A model generated the notes under the pieces. The model worked only from the letters and a program-made list of their open reading frames with translations, had not been told where the DNA came from and searched no databases. From an uncultured Pseudomonadota bacterium (lineage in GTDB: Bacteria; Oederibacteriota; Muellerivitia; Muellerivitales; Muellerivitaceae), in NCBI GenBank assembly GCA_963770835.1, contig CAVYRH010000004.1:480001-544000 (forward strand): a stretch of DNA of 64,000 bases, read 5' to 3'. Of the stretch, positions 1-11,055 are shown in pieces. Made by a program: the position numbers and the translations under genes. The stretch's first letter is position 1. Each line of letters starts with the position of its first letter.

Positions 1-3000
1 TACCAGAACTCCGTCGTCATGGCGCCCTTCCCATCGGGCAACAGCGGCTCCTCCGCCTGGCGCAACGTGCCGGATGTTTCCATGGTGGCCGATTTCCTTT
101 TCATCATTTCGGGTGATTTCCCCAACGGCAGCGCGGCCTTTGAGGGCCGTGTCGCCGGCACCAGCGCCGCTGCTCCCCTTTGGGCCGCCTTCACGGCCCT
201 GGCCAACCAGCAGGGCGCCTCCAATGGACTGCCGCCCATCGGCTTCGCCAACAACGCGGTTTACTCCATCGGCCAAAGCACCCGCTACGCCTCCGATTTC
301 CACGACATCAACGACAACAGCAACAACAGCGATAACAACCAGGACCCGGTTTCCTTCCACGCGGTCACGGGCTACGACCTGGCCACCGGCTGGGGCTCGC
401 CCAACGGGCAAAACCTGATCAACGACCTGGCCGGTACGGCGTTCCGCGTCACCCCCTCGCCCACTCCCGTCGGAAGCAGCTGCGGCACTACCAGCTCGGC
501 CCAGTTGAAGCTTGAGGAATTCACCTCCCTCAACGGCAACCAGGCCTCGGAAACCTTTGAAGTCATCAATACCGGCACCACCCCCGTCAACCTGTCGGAC
601 ATTTCCATAAAGTTTTGGGTGGACGACACCACGGGCTTTTCTGTGTTGGGCGCCGTCAATTTCGGCGGCGGTTTCGGTCCCACCAACCAATCCGTGAACG
701 GTGTGGCCATTACGCCTTCCGCCTTCGCGCCCGCCTGCGGTCCCGATGGAACCCACCAGGCTAACTGGGAACTGACCGTCACCAACAATGACACCCGCAC
801 CCTGGCTGCGGGACAGACCTGGGTTAACGCCCAGACCGCCCTTCACTTGGCGGACTTCACGGCTTTCTCCAGCACCGCCGACTGGTACAGCCCCGCTTCG
901 GTGGGCGCCGGTGCCTTCATCAATGACCCCCATTTCGAGGTCTATTTCCAGGGAAGCCCGGTGGCGGCCTCGGGCGGCTCCGCGCCTTCCTGCCGGGCCA
1001 CCTGCACGCCCACCTTCACCCTTACCGACACCCATACGCCGACGCCGACCGCCACCGTTACTCCCACCCCGACGGCCACCATTTGCGCCTGCAACATCAG
1101 CCAGTCCGTGGGCGGCCTCAACAGTATCGGCGAGGTCGAGGCCGTGGATCAGGCGAACGGGGTGCTTTATGTCTCCAATTCGGGAACCAGCCAGGTGCTG
1201 GAGTTCAACCTGAACGGCGGCACCAACATCACCCCGGCTTCGGGCTCCGTGACCGGCCTCTTCGCCCCGAATGGGCTGGCCTTCGCAGGAGGGTTCCTCT
1301 ACGTGGGCGAGGGTGGCCAGTGGGAAAAGATCAATCCCGCCACCAATACCCACATCAATACCATAGCCGTTCCCGCGAACATCGTTCCTTCGCTTTCGGT
1401 GGCGTCAAACGGGGATGTTTACGTGGCCGAATCAGGTTCCACAACCTCCAATGCCGTGGCGGTCTACCAGCCCAGCGGAAGCGGCTATGCGCTGGCTACT
1501 GCTAATCTGAACACCGTTCACGGCTTTGGGTCGGTCCTGGTGTCGGGGAACACGTTGTATGTCGGAAGCGTGGAGACCACTGTCAACGGCGGCTTCGAAC
1601 AAATCGTCCAATACACTAAATTATCCGAGTCCACGGGGAGTCTTATCTTCTCCAACCCCACCACGGTAGCAGGCCCCCCCTTGTTGAACGGCGGTGTGGC
1701 TCCGGCCCAAATGGCGATTGACGCCGGCGGAACCCACTTGTTCGTCGGGAATGGCATTGGGGCAAGCTTGAGCGTCTTGAACATCGGCCCCTACACCCTC
1801 GACCACCAGTGCTCCAACCTGGGATGGCCCTTTGGAGTGGCCTTTGACGCTTCGGGGAACGTCTACGTCGGTGATGAACTCCACGGGCAGGTCGACCGGC
1901 TGGTGAACTGCGGCACGGTCGGCCTCACGGCCACTCCCACTTCAACCCCGGCGGTGACTTCCACGGCGACGGCTACTCTTTCGAGAACGCCCACTTCGAG
2001 CCCCACGCCGACCCCGACATCCTCCCCCTCTTCCACGGCGACCGCGACCCTGACCCGAACCGCCACGTCCACTGTTTCTTCGACCCCGACACCGACCCCA
2101 GCCGTGACCTCAATGGCCACGTCCACTCCCACGAGGACCTCTACGGCTTCCCCCTCGGCCACACCGACCTTGAGCCCCACTTCGACGGCCACGCCGCGGG
2201 TGACCTCGACGGCCACGTCCACGCTTACTCGGACGTCAACGCCGGTGGCCACTTCCACCGCCACCTCGACGCCTACCCGAACACCTACCTCTAGCGCCAC
2301 GGTTTCGCCTACGGCCAGTTTCACCTCCACCCGCACGCCGTCCCCAGCCGTGACGTCGACGGCTACTTTCACGCCCACGAGGACGATCACCTCCACGGCC
2401 ACGTCCACGATAACGCGGACCGCCACACCCAGCTTCACCCCTGCGGTCACGGCCACCCCAACGCCCACCGCCACGGGCGGGATCGCCTGCGGCACCAGTT
2501 CCCTGGACCTCCAATTGGAGGAGTTCGGGACCTGCGGCTCCAACCAGAACCAGGAGACTTTCGAGGTCATCAACAAGGGGACCTCCGCGGTGACCTTGTC
2601 CGATATCACCATCAAGTTCTGGGCGGACGACACGACCGGTACGGCCATGGTCGGAGCCGTCAATTACGGCGGCTGTTTCGGCCAAACCTGCACGGCCGTG
2701 ACCGGAACGGCTATCAACACGTTGAATTTCTCACCCGCTTGCGGGCCCAGCAACACCCAGCAAGCCAATTGGGAAATCACCCTCTCCAACACCGATACGG
2801 CCACCCTGGGGGCGGGAATCACATGGGCCAACCTCCAGACGGCGGTCCATCTCTCGAGTTTTGCCAACTTCTCACCTGGGACCGGCTTCTGGTATAGCCC
2901 CTGTAACGTGGGGAGCGGCTCGACCTACACCAACAACCTCAATTACGCGTTGTACGTGAGGGGCGACCTGGTGACGGCCTCGGGCGGCGTGCCGCCTTCC

Positions 3001-3396
3001 TGCCGGCCCCTGCCTACCTGCACGCCTTCCGGCGCGGTAGTCCGATCCCTCGACCTTGCCCTTCACGGGGAAACCCCCACGCCTTCGGCGGTCGCGGAAC
3101 ACGGAACGGTATTGTCGGTCGTGGCGGTCCCGAATGTTTCCACGAACAGCCAGCCCATCGGGTTCAGGGTGACGCTGGGCCAGGCGGCCCTGGCGAAGGT
3201 TTCGCTTTTCTCGGTGGCGGGTGAAACGGTCTATCAGGCGCAAAGCCAGGGGAACGCGGGCCTGAACGTGATCCCGTGGGATTTGGTGAACCGTGCGGGT
3301 TCCAGTGTGGCGAGCGGGCTTTATATTTACGTGGTCGAGATCGACGGCCCCGCCGGGGCCACGTTCCATACCGGCAAGGTGGTGGTACTGCGATAG
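1..3396 (+). CDS. 5'-truncated S53 (sedolisin/kumamolisin) peptidase with two CBM3-like domains, a beta-propeller, a Thr/Pro stalk and a C-terminal Ig-like sorting domain
   Basis: Frame is open from base 1. S53 motifs [17 protein letters not shown] (catalytic Ser) and [11 protein letters not shown]. Two CBM3-like segments ([19 protein letters not shown] / [19 protein letters not shown]), [14 protein letters not shown] blade, ends SGLYIY...KVVVLR. Confidence 0.85.
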   Translation, partial: YQNSVVMAPFPSGNSGSSAWRNVPDVSMVADFLFIISGDFPNGSAAFEGRVAGTSAAAPLWAAFTALANQQGASNGLPPIGFANNAVYSIGQSTRYASDFHDINDNSNNSDNNQDPVSFHAVTGYDLATGWGSPNGQNLINDLAGTAFRVTPSPTPVGSSCGTTSSAQLKLEEFTSLNGNQASETFEVINTGTTPVNLSDISIKFWVDDTTGFSVLGAVNFGGGFGPTNQSVNGVAITPSAFAPACGPDGTHQANWELTVTNNDTRTLAAGQTWVNAQTALHLADFTAFSSTADWYSPASVGAGAFINDPHFEVYFQGSPVAASGGSAPSCRATCTPTFTLTDTHTPTPTATVTPTPTATICACNISQSVGGLNSIGEVEAVDQANGVLYVSNSGTSQVLEFNLNGGTNITPASGSVTGLFAPNGLAFAGGFLYVGEGGQWEKINPATNTHINTIAVPANIVPSLSVASNGDVYVAESGSTTSNAVAVYQPSGSGYALATANLNTVHGFGSVLVSGNTLYVGSVETTVNGGFEQIVQYTKLSESTGSLIFSNPTTVAGPPLLNGGVAPAQMAIDAGGTHLFVGNGIGASLSVLNIGPYTLDHQCSNLGWPFGVAFDASGNVYVGDELHGQVDRLVNCGTVGLTATPTSTPAVTSTATATLSRTPTSSPTPTPTSSPSSTATATLTRTATSTVSSTPTPTPAVTSMATSTPTRTSTASPSATPTLSPTSTATPRVTSTATSTLTRTSTPVATSTATSTPTRTPTSSATVSPTASFTSTRTPSPAVTSTATFTPTRTITSTATSTITRTATPSFTPAVTATPTPTATGGIACGTSSLDLQLEEFGTCGSNQNQETFEVINKGTSAVTLSDITIKFWADDTTGTAMVGAVNYGGCFGQTCTAVTGTAINTLNFSPACGPSNTQQANWEITLSNTDTATLGAGITWANLQTAVHLSSFANFSPGTGFWYSPCNVGSGSTYTNNLNYALYVRGDLVTASGGVPPSCRPLPTCTPSGAVVRSLDLALHGETPTPSAVAEHGTVLSVVAVPNVSTNSQPIGFRVTLGQAALAKVSLFSVAGETVYQAQSQGNAGLNVIPWDLVNRAGSSVASGLYIYVVEIDGPAGATFHTGKVVVLR

Positions 3397-3423
3397 CCCC
3401 TTAGCCAGATCATCCAAGGCACG

Positions 3424-3453
3424 AAGGGCGCGGATTTTTCCGCGCCCTTTTTT
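3424..3453 (+). terminator. Rho-independent terminator
   Basis: AAGGGCGCGGA-tttt-TCCGCGCCCTT followed by a T run, just after the stop at 3396. Confidence 0.8.
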
Positions 3454-3469
3454 ATTGTAAAATCAGCCC

Positions 3470-3919
3470 ATGACAATCCCCCGGGGTTACCAACTTACCG
3501 ACGAACTGGAACAGATGGACTTCGCGAAGGTCCAGGGCTGGCTCGCGGGCACCTATTGGGTCCCGGGTATTTCCCGGGAGGAGACCGAACGGGGGGCGAG
3601 GAACTCCGCTTTGGTGGTAGGGGCTTTCGACCCCCAAGGGGCCCAGGTGGGTTTCCTCAGGGTCATCTCGGATAAGACCCGCTTCGCTTATTTTATTGAC
3701 GTGTTCGTGGACCCGGCCCACCGGAAAAAGGGGCTGGCCAAGGCCATGGTCCAATACGTTTTCGACCATCCGGATTTCAAGACCGTGAAACAATGGGCCC
3801 TGCGGACCCGGGACGCCCAGGAAGTTTACCGGCCCTTAGGGTTCGAGCCACTGGAATATCCTGAGCGTTGGATGGCTCGTATCCTTCCGTGGCAAGTACC
3901 TCCAAAACCAAAGAATTAA
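3470..3919 (+). CDS. GNAT family N-acetyltransferase
   Basis: VGFLRVISD..FAYFIDVFVDPAHRKKGLAK acetyl-CoA motif A; TRDAQEVYRPLGF. Confidence 0.9.
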   Translation: MTIPRGYQLTDELEQMDFAKVQGWLAGTYWVPGISREETERGARNSALVVGAFDPQGAQVGFLRVISDKTRFAYFIDVFVDPAHRKKGLAKAMVQYVFDHPDFKTVKQWALRTRDAQEVYRPLGFEPLEYPERWMARILPWQVPPKPKN

Positions 3920-4005
3920 AGCTTGGGCGTCCCCGCTATTGGTTTTTCAAAATGAAGCGTCCAAAATGGGAACCATCGTTGAGGAGGAAAAGGAGGTAAC
4001 TTCAG

Positions 4006-4359
4006 ATGAAATTAACGGTCTTTCTTCTAGTGTTGGGATTTTTAGGGAATGCTTATGGCGATCCAACGCCCGTCACGCCTACCGTCACCAAAACACCCGA
4101 TCAGCGCATCCTTGTTTATCACACCGCTGAAATTTACCACGGAGAGGTTCAAAATCCGGCTAAAGCCCAGGTGGAACCGTTCGTCATCAGCCAAATAAGA
4201 GTCTGGGCCGAAGACAACCAAATCGAACTGCGGGAAGACCCCACGGGGAACGACGTGGGCTTTACCTTATTCTATGGGCATCGTTCCAAAGACCTTCCGG
4301 GAGACTTATCCTTGCCCGATCTAAAAGAGGAATGCGAAAAATTCTTTCAAATAAAATGA
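4006..4359 (+). CDS. Hypothetical secreted protein
   Basis: AGGAGG RBS; signal peptide MKLTVFLLVLGFLGNAYG; 117 aa. Confidence 0.7.
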   Translation: MKLTVFLLVLGFLGNAYGDPTPVTPTVTKTPDQRILVYHTAEIYHGEVQNPAKAQVEPFVISQIRVWAEDNQIELREDPTGNDVGFTLFYGHRSKDLPGDLSLPDLKEECEKFFQIK

Positions 4360-4407
4360 ATTCTTCGATCAAAATGGGCGGGCTATCCAAAACCAAAGGA
4401 TTAAAAC

Positions 4408-4863
4408 TTGCCCCACCTCCATGAAAAGATCGACTTCACGGTTTCCATCTTCATTGTGAAGGACCGCAAGGTCCTATTCATCTTTCACAAACAGCTGAAC
4501 CGCTGGCTGCCCATCGGGGGGCATATCGAGCTGGACGAGAACCCCGAACAAGCGGCGCTCCGGGAAGCCAAGGAAGAAAGCGGCTTGGATGTGGAGCTGG
4601 TGGGGGATATGCCGCCTTTAAAAGCGGAGGTGGGTTTTGTCCCCCTTCTTTGCCCCGCTTATATGGATATTCATCTCATCAAGGAACCCCATTGGCATAT
4701 CGGGATGGTTTATTTCGCCCGGGTGAAGTCCGGCGAAGTCACCTTGAACGCCCAGGAACACACGGACATCCGGTGGATGACTGAAGAGGATCTGGACGAT
4801 CCGAACTGGGAGTTGTACGCCAACCTGAAGTTTTACGCGCGAGAAGCCTTAAAAAAGTTGTGA
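4408..4863 (+). CDS. NUDIX hydrolase
   Basis: Nudix box GGHIELDENPEQAALREAKEESGL; TTG start after AAGGA. Confidence 0.92.
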   Translation: MPHLHEKIDFTVSIFIVKDRKVLFIFHKQLNRWLPIGGHIELDENPEQAALREAKEESGLDVELVGDMPPLKAEVGFVPLLCPAYMDIHLIKEPHWHIGMVYFARVKSGEVTLNAQEHTDIRWMTEEDLDDPNWELYANLKFYAREALKKL

Positions 4864-5038
4864 GTTCTTAGTGTTGAGTTTTGTCCCACATCTTTTTTTG
4901 AAAAGAACAGATGGTGTGTGGGACTATACCGATCTCTTTAGAATTTTTATTGAAAGATCGGCATGAGTTGATGAAAGTTTTCAATCTTCGATTGAAAACC
5001 ACCTTCATTTAAAATTAAGAATTCAAAACTAAAAATTC
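4856..5038. repeat. Heptamer-arm inverted-repeat element with a decayed four-helix-bundle relic
   Basis: Left arm TGAGTTC-TTAGTGT-TGAGTTT, right arm AAAATTA-AGAATTC-AAAACTA-AAAATTC. Bases 4941-5003 translate to EFLLKDRHELMKVFNLRLKTT. Confidence 0.7.
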
Positions 5039-5042
5039 CGCC

Positions 5043-5564
5043 TTATTTTGGCGGTCTGATCTGGCTGATGCGCATGCCCAATTGCTTGGCCGCGTCGAAG
5101 ATGCGGTCGTCCCGGTAGAATTCCCCATAGTAGATATTCTTGATGCCTGCGTTGGCCACGATCTTGAAGCAGTTCCAGCAGGGGGAAGCCGTGATATAAA
5201 TCTCGGCCCCATCCACCCTCACGCCGTTCTTGGCGGCCTGGATGATGGCGTTGGCCTCGGCGTGGATGGTGGCCACGCAATGGCCGTCCTCCATCATGTG
5301 GCCCGCGTCGTCGCAATGGGGCAGGCCCCGCACGCTACCGTTGTAGCCGGTGGAAAGGATGGTCTTGTCGCGCACGATGACCGCGCCCACGTGTTTGCGG
5401 TCGCAAGTGGAGCGGGTGGCCACCTCGGTGGCGATGTTCATGAAATACTCGTGCCAGTCCACCCGGCGTCGCGGGGAAGCGGATTTTTTCGGGGCGGCGG
5501 GCGTTTTATGCATTTGCAGGCGGTCCATATGGCCCTGCTTGAATTTAATTTTCATTCGGCTCAT
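5043..5564 (-). CDS. dCMP deaminase / ComEB-like zinc deaminase
   Basis: RSTCDRKHVGAVIV, HAEANA and SPCWNC motifs; ATG at 5564 follows a GAGGA RBS. Confidence 0.9.
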   Translation of the reverse strand: MSRMKIKFKQGHMDRLQMHKTPAAPKKSASPRRRVDWHEYFMNIATEVATRSTCDRKHVGAVIVRDKTILSTGYNGSVRGLPHCDDAGHMMEDGHCVATIHAEANAIIQAAKNGVRVDGAEIYITASPCWNCFKIVANAGIKNIYYGEFYRDDRIFDAAKQLGMRISQIRPPK

Positions 5565-5578
5565 AGGTTCCTCATTGC

Positions 5579-5667
5579 AATTTTTAACTCTAAATTTTGA
5601 ATTGTGGTGATTTCCGCGGAGCGGAAATTTCAATTATTTAAAATTAAAAACTTAAAATTCACAACTC
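5579..5667. repeat. Empty heptamer-arm inverted-repeat element
   Basis: AATTTTT-AACTCTA-AATTTTG-AATTGTG ... central hairpin ATTTCCGC-gga-GCGGAAAT ... AAAATTA-AAAACTT-AAAATTC-ACAACTC. Confidence 0.7.
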
Positions 5668-5680
5668 CGCCGCTTGAAAA

Positions 5681-6607
5681 TCATTCTTTCGGATCAATGG
5701 CATAGATTTTCAAGCGGCGGCTAGGGTGCCAGTGTTCCTTCGACTCCGCGAGGTGGGGGAGGCCTTCGGCGTCCCCGGCGTTGACCAGGGTGAAGGATTC
5801 CAGCTGGCGGCAGGCATTGGCGAATATATAAGCGGACAACCCTTTGACCGTCAAGTCCGTAACCTCCAGGTAGACCCCGTAGGTATCGGGGCTTAAGGGG
5901 GCGCCCACCAGATAGGCCGCCAGGCGGTTTTCCAAAACCACCACCCAGGCGTCCAGGCCCCAGTCCCCACCCTGCGCCAGGGCGCGGAAATGGGCCTTTT
6001 GGGAGGAAAGGATCATCCGTTCGCCCATCTGCCCTTTCAGGGCCGGAAGCCTTTGACCCTTCCAAAGCTCGTAAAGCTCGCCGCAGGCCTTGAGGTCCGC
6101 GGCGCGATAAGGGCGCAGGACCAATGAATGTTCCTTTACCAAATGGTTGATCTCGGCCCGCTTGGCCCGGTAAGGGTCGCCATGGAGACCTGCGATCTGG
6201 GCCCGGTTATAGAGATATTCGATGAGGGTGGGCCGGGTGGGGAAGCCCCAGGCTTCGGCTTGGCTTTGCTGGCTTTCGGTGAGGCCCTCGACACGGGAAA
6301 CCCCCGGCCCGGGGCCGTTGACTTCCCTCATATAGGTGAAGGCGGTCCGGAGGTTTTCAGCGCTGAAAGGCTGGGGCGGAAGGGGGAGGTAAATATAACG
6401 GCCGTAAAACGCCACGATAAAGGAGGCGCTCCCCTTGGAGGCTAGGGCGCAGGCAAACTCGTCCTGCCACATAAGGAGCGAGGGGATGGAAGCGGAGAGC
6501 CCCGGCGCCGGCCCCCACAGGGCGGCCGCCCGATCCCAACTGGAATCAAGGGGCTCCACCGAGTCGAAAAAATCCGCGGGGGGAAGCTGGATCAACGGCA
6601 ACGACAA
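5681..6607 (-). CDS. DUF2156 (aminoacyl-phosphatidylglycerol transferase-like, GNAT fold) protein
   Basis: EYLY..LHG..YRAKRAEINH and C-terminal VNAGDAEGLPHLAESKEHWHP resemble the DUF2156 INREEDLG..GLR..K.SY.P motif. Confidence 0.75.
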   Translation of the reverse strand: MSLPLIQLPPADFFDSVEPLDSSWDRAAALWGPAPGLSASIPSLLMWQDEFACALASKGSASFIVAFYGRYIYLPLPPQPFSAENLRTAFTYMREVNGPGPGVSRVEGLTESQQSQAEAWGFPTRPTLIEYLYNRAQIAGLHGDPYRAKRAEINHLVKEHSLVLRPYRAADLKACGELYELWKGQRLPALKGQMGERMILSSQKAHFRALAQGGDWGLDAWVVVLENRLAAYLVGAPLSPDTYGVYLEVTDLTVKGLSAYIFANACRQLESFTLVNAGDAEGLPHLAESKEHWHPSRRLKIYAIDPKE

Positions 6608-6615
6608 AACCTTGG

Positions 6616-6688
6616 AGCCGCAGATTGGCGCTGATGAACGCAGATTTTTGAATCTTTAATCAGCGAAAATTTGCGCATATCTGCGGCT
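6616..6688. repeat. Decamer-periodic palindromic element
   Basis: AGCCGCAGATTGGCGCTGATGAACGCAGATT ... AATCAGCGAAAATTTGCGCATATCTGCGGCT, three units per arm. Confidence 0.75.
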
Positions 6689-6695
6689 GCCTTTG

Positions 6696-7451
6696 TTATT
6701 GGCCGGTTAATACCCGAGCGATTTCACGCCGCAAACCGTAGCTCAGCCGGTGGGCCCGGGAGGGCGGCCGGTAGTTGAGCAGGTATTGCGGCAAATTGGC
6801 TAGGTCCACCACGCCGTGCTCATGGCTGACCACGGCCGAGGCGTCGCCCTGGGGGTGGGAAAAAACCACGACGCCCTGGATCCAAATCTGGGAGCATTCC
6901 TGCGCCCAGCGTTCGCCCAGGTTGGCCTCCAAATGGCTCCTCAAGTGGTAGATCTGGGTGGCCACCTGCTTCAAGGGGTTATAAAAGCCCCGCTTGTAAC
7001 GGGAGCGGGTCTTGCGGGCCCGCTTGTGGAGGGTCCATTCGCGGTCCAAGACCTCGCCCGCGATGCGGCCACGCAAGTACTTGGTCTCGATGACGAAGAG
7101 GACGTTGTGGGTGATCAACAAGTGGTCGATCTCCCGGGGCTTTTCGCCCGCGAAAAACTGCACCGAGTGAAGCACCCGGGCGTTCTCCATCGTCATGTTG
7201 TCCAGGGCCCTGGCGGTCAGGGCCTCGCCCTCGGAGCCCTCGCCCACGATGCGTCCCCGGTGGCGGAAAACCGTGAAAGCCCAGTATCCAAACCCCAGGA
7301 TGATCGGCGCCAAGACAAACCGCAAAGCCCAGTGCTCGAAACGAAAGGCGATGCCCAAGGCCACCGCCACCAAAACTATCGTAATCCACTTCCAACGCGT
7401 CACCCACCGCATCGCGCGCGGGGGCTGCAACTTCTGCAAAGTTGCGACCAT
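6696..7451 (-). CDS. NERD-domain nuclease-like membrane protein
   Basis: Two N-terminal TM segments; G..GE, EIDHLLIT..VFVIETK-like and NPLKQ motifs. Confidence 0.88.
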   Translation of the reverse strand: MVATLQKLQPPRAMRWVTRWKWITIVLVAVALGIAFRFEHWALRFVLAPIILGFGYWAFTVFRHRGRIVGEGSEGEALTARALDNMTMENARVLHSVQFFAGEKPREIDHLLITHNVLFVIETKYLRGRIAGEVLDREWTLHKRARKTRSRYKRGFYNPLKQVATQIYHLRSHLEANLGERWAQECSQIWIQGVVVFSHPQGDASAVVSHEHGVVDLANLPQYLLNYRPPSRAHRLSYGLRREIARVLTGQ

Positions 7452-7454
7452 TTC

Positions 7455-8015
7455 TTAAGCCTTTCCCAGCGACAGCTCGCGCACCTCCACAACCTCTTCC
7501 TGGAATTCGCTAATAAATTGAGGATATTTTCGAATGAGGGACGACAGGGTTGTGCTTTCCAAGTATCGCTGAATCGAATCTAAATAACTGCTCAGCTTGG
7601 CGGCCACGGCCGGCCGCTTCAGGGCCGGACATTTCGTGTCCGCCCCCACCAGCACTTTCTCATGATCCCTGCTGTGCATGACCACTGCGGGGTACATCGA
7701 ACAATCCAGGGGACGGGCCTCATAAACCTGGCACGTATGGTCCTCCGGATTGAAAAACGAACAGGCGAACCCATGTCCGCACGCCACGAGTTGGGCCTTG
7801 GAAGGCCGGGCGGAGCCCGCCTCCCGGAAGGAGCCTTTCGGCTTGAGAAGCTCGGTTTGGGTCCTTTCCTCGGGAAAGAAGAAAGGGGAGAGGGCCGCCT
7901 GCTTTTCAGGAAAGCGGCAGCAAACAGGGCATTCGAGGCAGACTTCACTGGGGATGAGTTGGGAAGCTGGGGCTGCATGAGGCTCCCGGGTTATTGAACT
8001 GTTGAAAAAGCCCAT
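7455..8015 (-). CDS. YkgJ-family cysteine cluster protein
   Basis: CLECPVCC and CSFF..CQVYEARPLDCSMYP motifs; start uncertain (see finding). Confidence 0.85.
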   Translation of the reverse strand: MGFFNSSITREPHAAPASQLIPSEVCLECPVCCRFPEKQAALSPFFFPEERTQTELLKPKGSFREAGSARPSKAQLVACGHGFACSFFNPEDHTCQVYEARPLDCSMYPAVVMHSRDHEKVLVGADTKCPALKRPAVAAKLSSYLDSIQRYLESTTLSSLIRKYPQFISEFQEEVVEVRELSLGKA

Positions 8016-8118
8016 CTTCGCCGGGCTTTTTCGGAAACATTCAGAGTAACCCCACGATTCCTGCGGAATCTTTGGGGTCAGGGGCTGCTTTGTGGCTGCC
8101 TTAATTTCTTATCAGCCC

Positions 8119-8310
8119 CTATAAGTTGTAGATGCCCACGCCGATGGTGATCAGGCCGCCGATGATCAAAACCGGCGCCAAAGTCATGGATCCCATAGCC
8201 AAGAACATATAACCCGCCACCAGGACGCCGACTCCGGCGCCCAGGGTGATTTTACCTTCCTTGCTCATTTTGGGTTCGATGGTTTGGGGTTTCGCGGTTT
8301 TGTCCGCCAT
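8119..8310 (-). CDS. Small two-TM membrane protein
   Basis: 63 aa, AAGGAG RBS, two hydrophobic helices, upstream TGGTACAAT extended -10. Confidence 0.7.
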   Translation of the reverse strand: MADKTAKPQTIEPKMSKEGKITLGAGVGVLVAGYMFLAMGSMTLAPVLIIGGLITIGVGIYNL

Positions 8311-8412
8311 GACGGCTCCTTGAAAGATGTGGGTTTCAGAAAGTAATTGTACCAGAGGGGGTGGAAAATACGGATAGGGAAAGGCTTGGGGGAGCCAATG
8401 ACGCAGGCCCGA

Positions 8413-9694
<1,282 letters not shown>

Positions 9695-9721
9695 GGAATT
9701 CCTTAATGAAGTTGTTGGATT

Positions 9722-9764
9722 TTAGCCTTTGGCCATTAGCTAAAAGCTAACAGCTAAGGGCTGA
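9722..9764. repeat. Short heptamer-arm palindrome (TTAGC-type unit)
   Basis: TTAGCCT-TTGGCCA-TTAGC / TAAAAGC-TAACAGC-TAAGGGC-TGA. Confidence 0.6.
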
Positions 9765-9766
9765 CT

Positions 9767-10066
9767 TTAAAGCTTCTTTAATACCGAGTCGACCTTGTCG
9801 ATGGGGCGCTGGTCCTTGTCCTTGCGGTCGTCCAGCTTGATGACGGTATAGACCCTTTTGGCGCCCTTGGAAAAGGGGAGTTTGTGCATGGCGGCCGCCA
9901 GCTTGAGCAAGGTTTCGGTTTTGCCGGTCACGATGGTCCCCATCCCGTTCAATTCATATTGGATGCCCTTTTGTTTTTGGAGGTATCTGAAAATGTCGGC
10001 GACGTAAGCGCTGATTGAGGTCTTTCCCGTCCCCAAGGGGATTACGCTGATTTCCATCATGGCCAT
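9767..10066 (-). CDS. MTH1187/YkoF-like thiamine-binding protein
   Basis: MAMMEISVIPLG..SISAYVA..YELNGMGT..RVYTVIKLDDRKDK; AAGGAG RBS before ATG 10066. Confidence 0.88.
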   Translation of the reverse strand: MAMMEISVIPLGTGKTSISAYVADIFRYLQKQKGIQYELNGMGTIVTGKTETLLKLAAAMHKLPFSKGAKRVYTVIKLDDRKDKDQRPIDKVDSVLKKL

Positions 10067-10216
10067 GGGTTCGCTCCTTCTCATGAAATATCGTGAAAGT
10101 ATATCCAAAGGAAAAAGGATTTGATAGAAGGGGACCGGCTTAAAAAGCTGTCCGAGGAACCCCGGAAGGAATATACTTTTCGGACATCTTAATTCCACCA
10201 ATTAGGGGAGGGCATC

Positions 10217-10957
10217 ATGCGCGTCATTCATTCCCGGCGGATTCTTTCGGCGGCAATTTTGTTTTTGACCCTGCCGCTTTGGGCCGCCGACCGGACCGGC
10301 GCCTTGCTGGACGACTACGGCGACGTCAAGACCACCAAGGAAGACAAAGCCGTCAAAAAGGAACAGGATGACATCCTGAAGATGCTGAACGCGGGCAACA
10401 AGCGCCATGTGAAACACATGGTCCACGGGAAGGACCCCCGGGTGATGGTGGTCAGTTGCGCGGATTCCCACGTGACGCCCGAAACGGTCTTCGGCGTCCA
10501 GCCCGGTGACCTTTTCGTCAACCGCACCTTCGGCACCGTGGTGGATAAGGTGATCCTGGCCAGCCTGGAATACGGGGCCACGAACCTGCACTGCCGGGTC
10601 CTGGTGGTGATGGGTCATACCGATTGCACCGCCGTCAAGGGGGCCATCGACGAACACGCGAACCCCCGGACCGAGGACCAATGGGATTCCTTGAATCAAA
10701 AGGCGCTTTACGAAAAGATCGAGCCGGCGGTGGCCGAAGTGGAGGAGGTCCAAGAGAGGTCCGAAGCCCAAACCGGGACGAAGTTGGAAGGAACGGCCTT
10801 GCTTGATGCGGTCATGAGAACCAATGTTTTGAACACCATGCACGAGATCCGCCAGCAAAGCCCGATCTTGTGGGGCTTGGAGAAAAAGGAATATCTGAGA
10901 ATCGTGGGTTGCGTTTATCACAAGGACAGCGGCAAGGTGGAGTGGATCAAGGAATAA
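10217..10957 (+). CDS. Secreted beta-class carbonic anhydrase-like protein
   Basis: Signal peptide; CADSH..PETVF..GDLFV.R, SLEY and GHTDC zinc motifs; C-terminal G..Y...SGKV. Confidence 0.85.
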   Translation: MRVIHSRRILSAAILFLTLPLWAADRTGALLDDYGDVKTTKEDKAVKKEQDDILKMLNAGNKRHVKHMVHGKDPRVMVVSCADSHVTPETVFGVQPGDLFVNRTFGTVVDKVILASLEYGATNLHCRVLVVMGHTDCTAVKGAIDEHANPRTEDQWDSLNQKALYEKIEPAVAEVEEVQERSEAQTGTKLEGTALLDAVMRTNVLNTMHEIRQQSPILWGLEKKEYLRIVGCVYHKDSGKVEWIKE

Positions 10958-10965
10958 AAAAATTA

Positions 10966-11037
10966 TCACCACCAAGACACCAAGGGCACCAAGAACGACT
11001 CAATCCTTTTCTTGGGGAACCGGAGTCTCGGTGGTGA
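10966..11037. repeat. Nonamer-periodic palindromic element (CACCAAG type)
   Basis: TCACCACCAAGACACCAAGGGCACCAAGAA ... TTCTTGGGGAACCGGAGTCTCGGTGGTGA. Confidence 0.75.
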
Positions 11038-11055
11038 ACTTTTTTGAGGTGTTTT

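Noticed and set aside
7996..8117. CTGTTGAAAAA...TTTCTTATCAG as IS/MITE terminal repeats
   Set aside because: The match is short and degenerate, with no target duplication or second copy.
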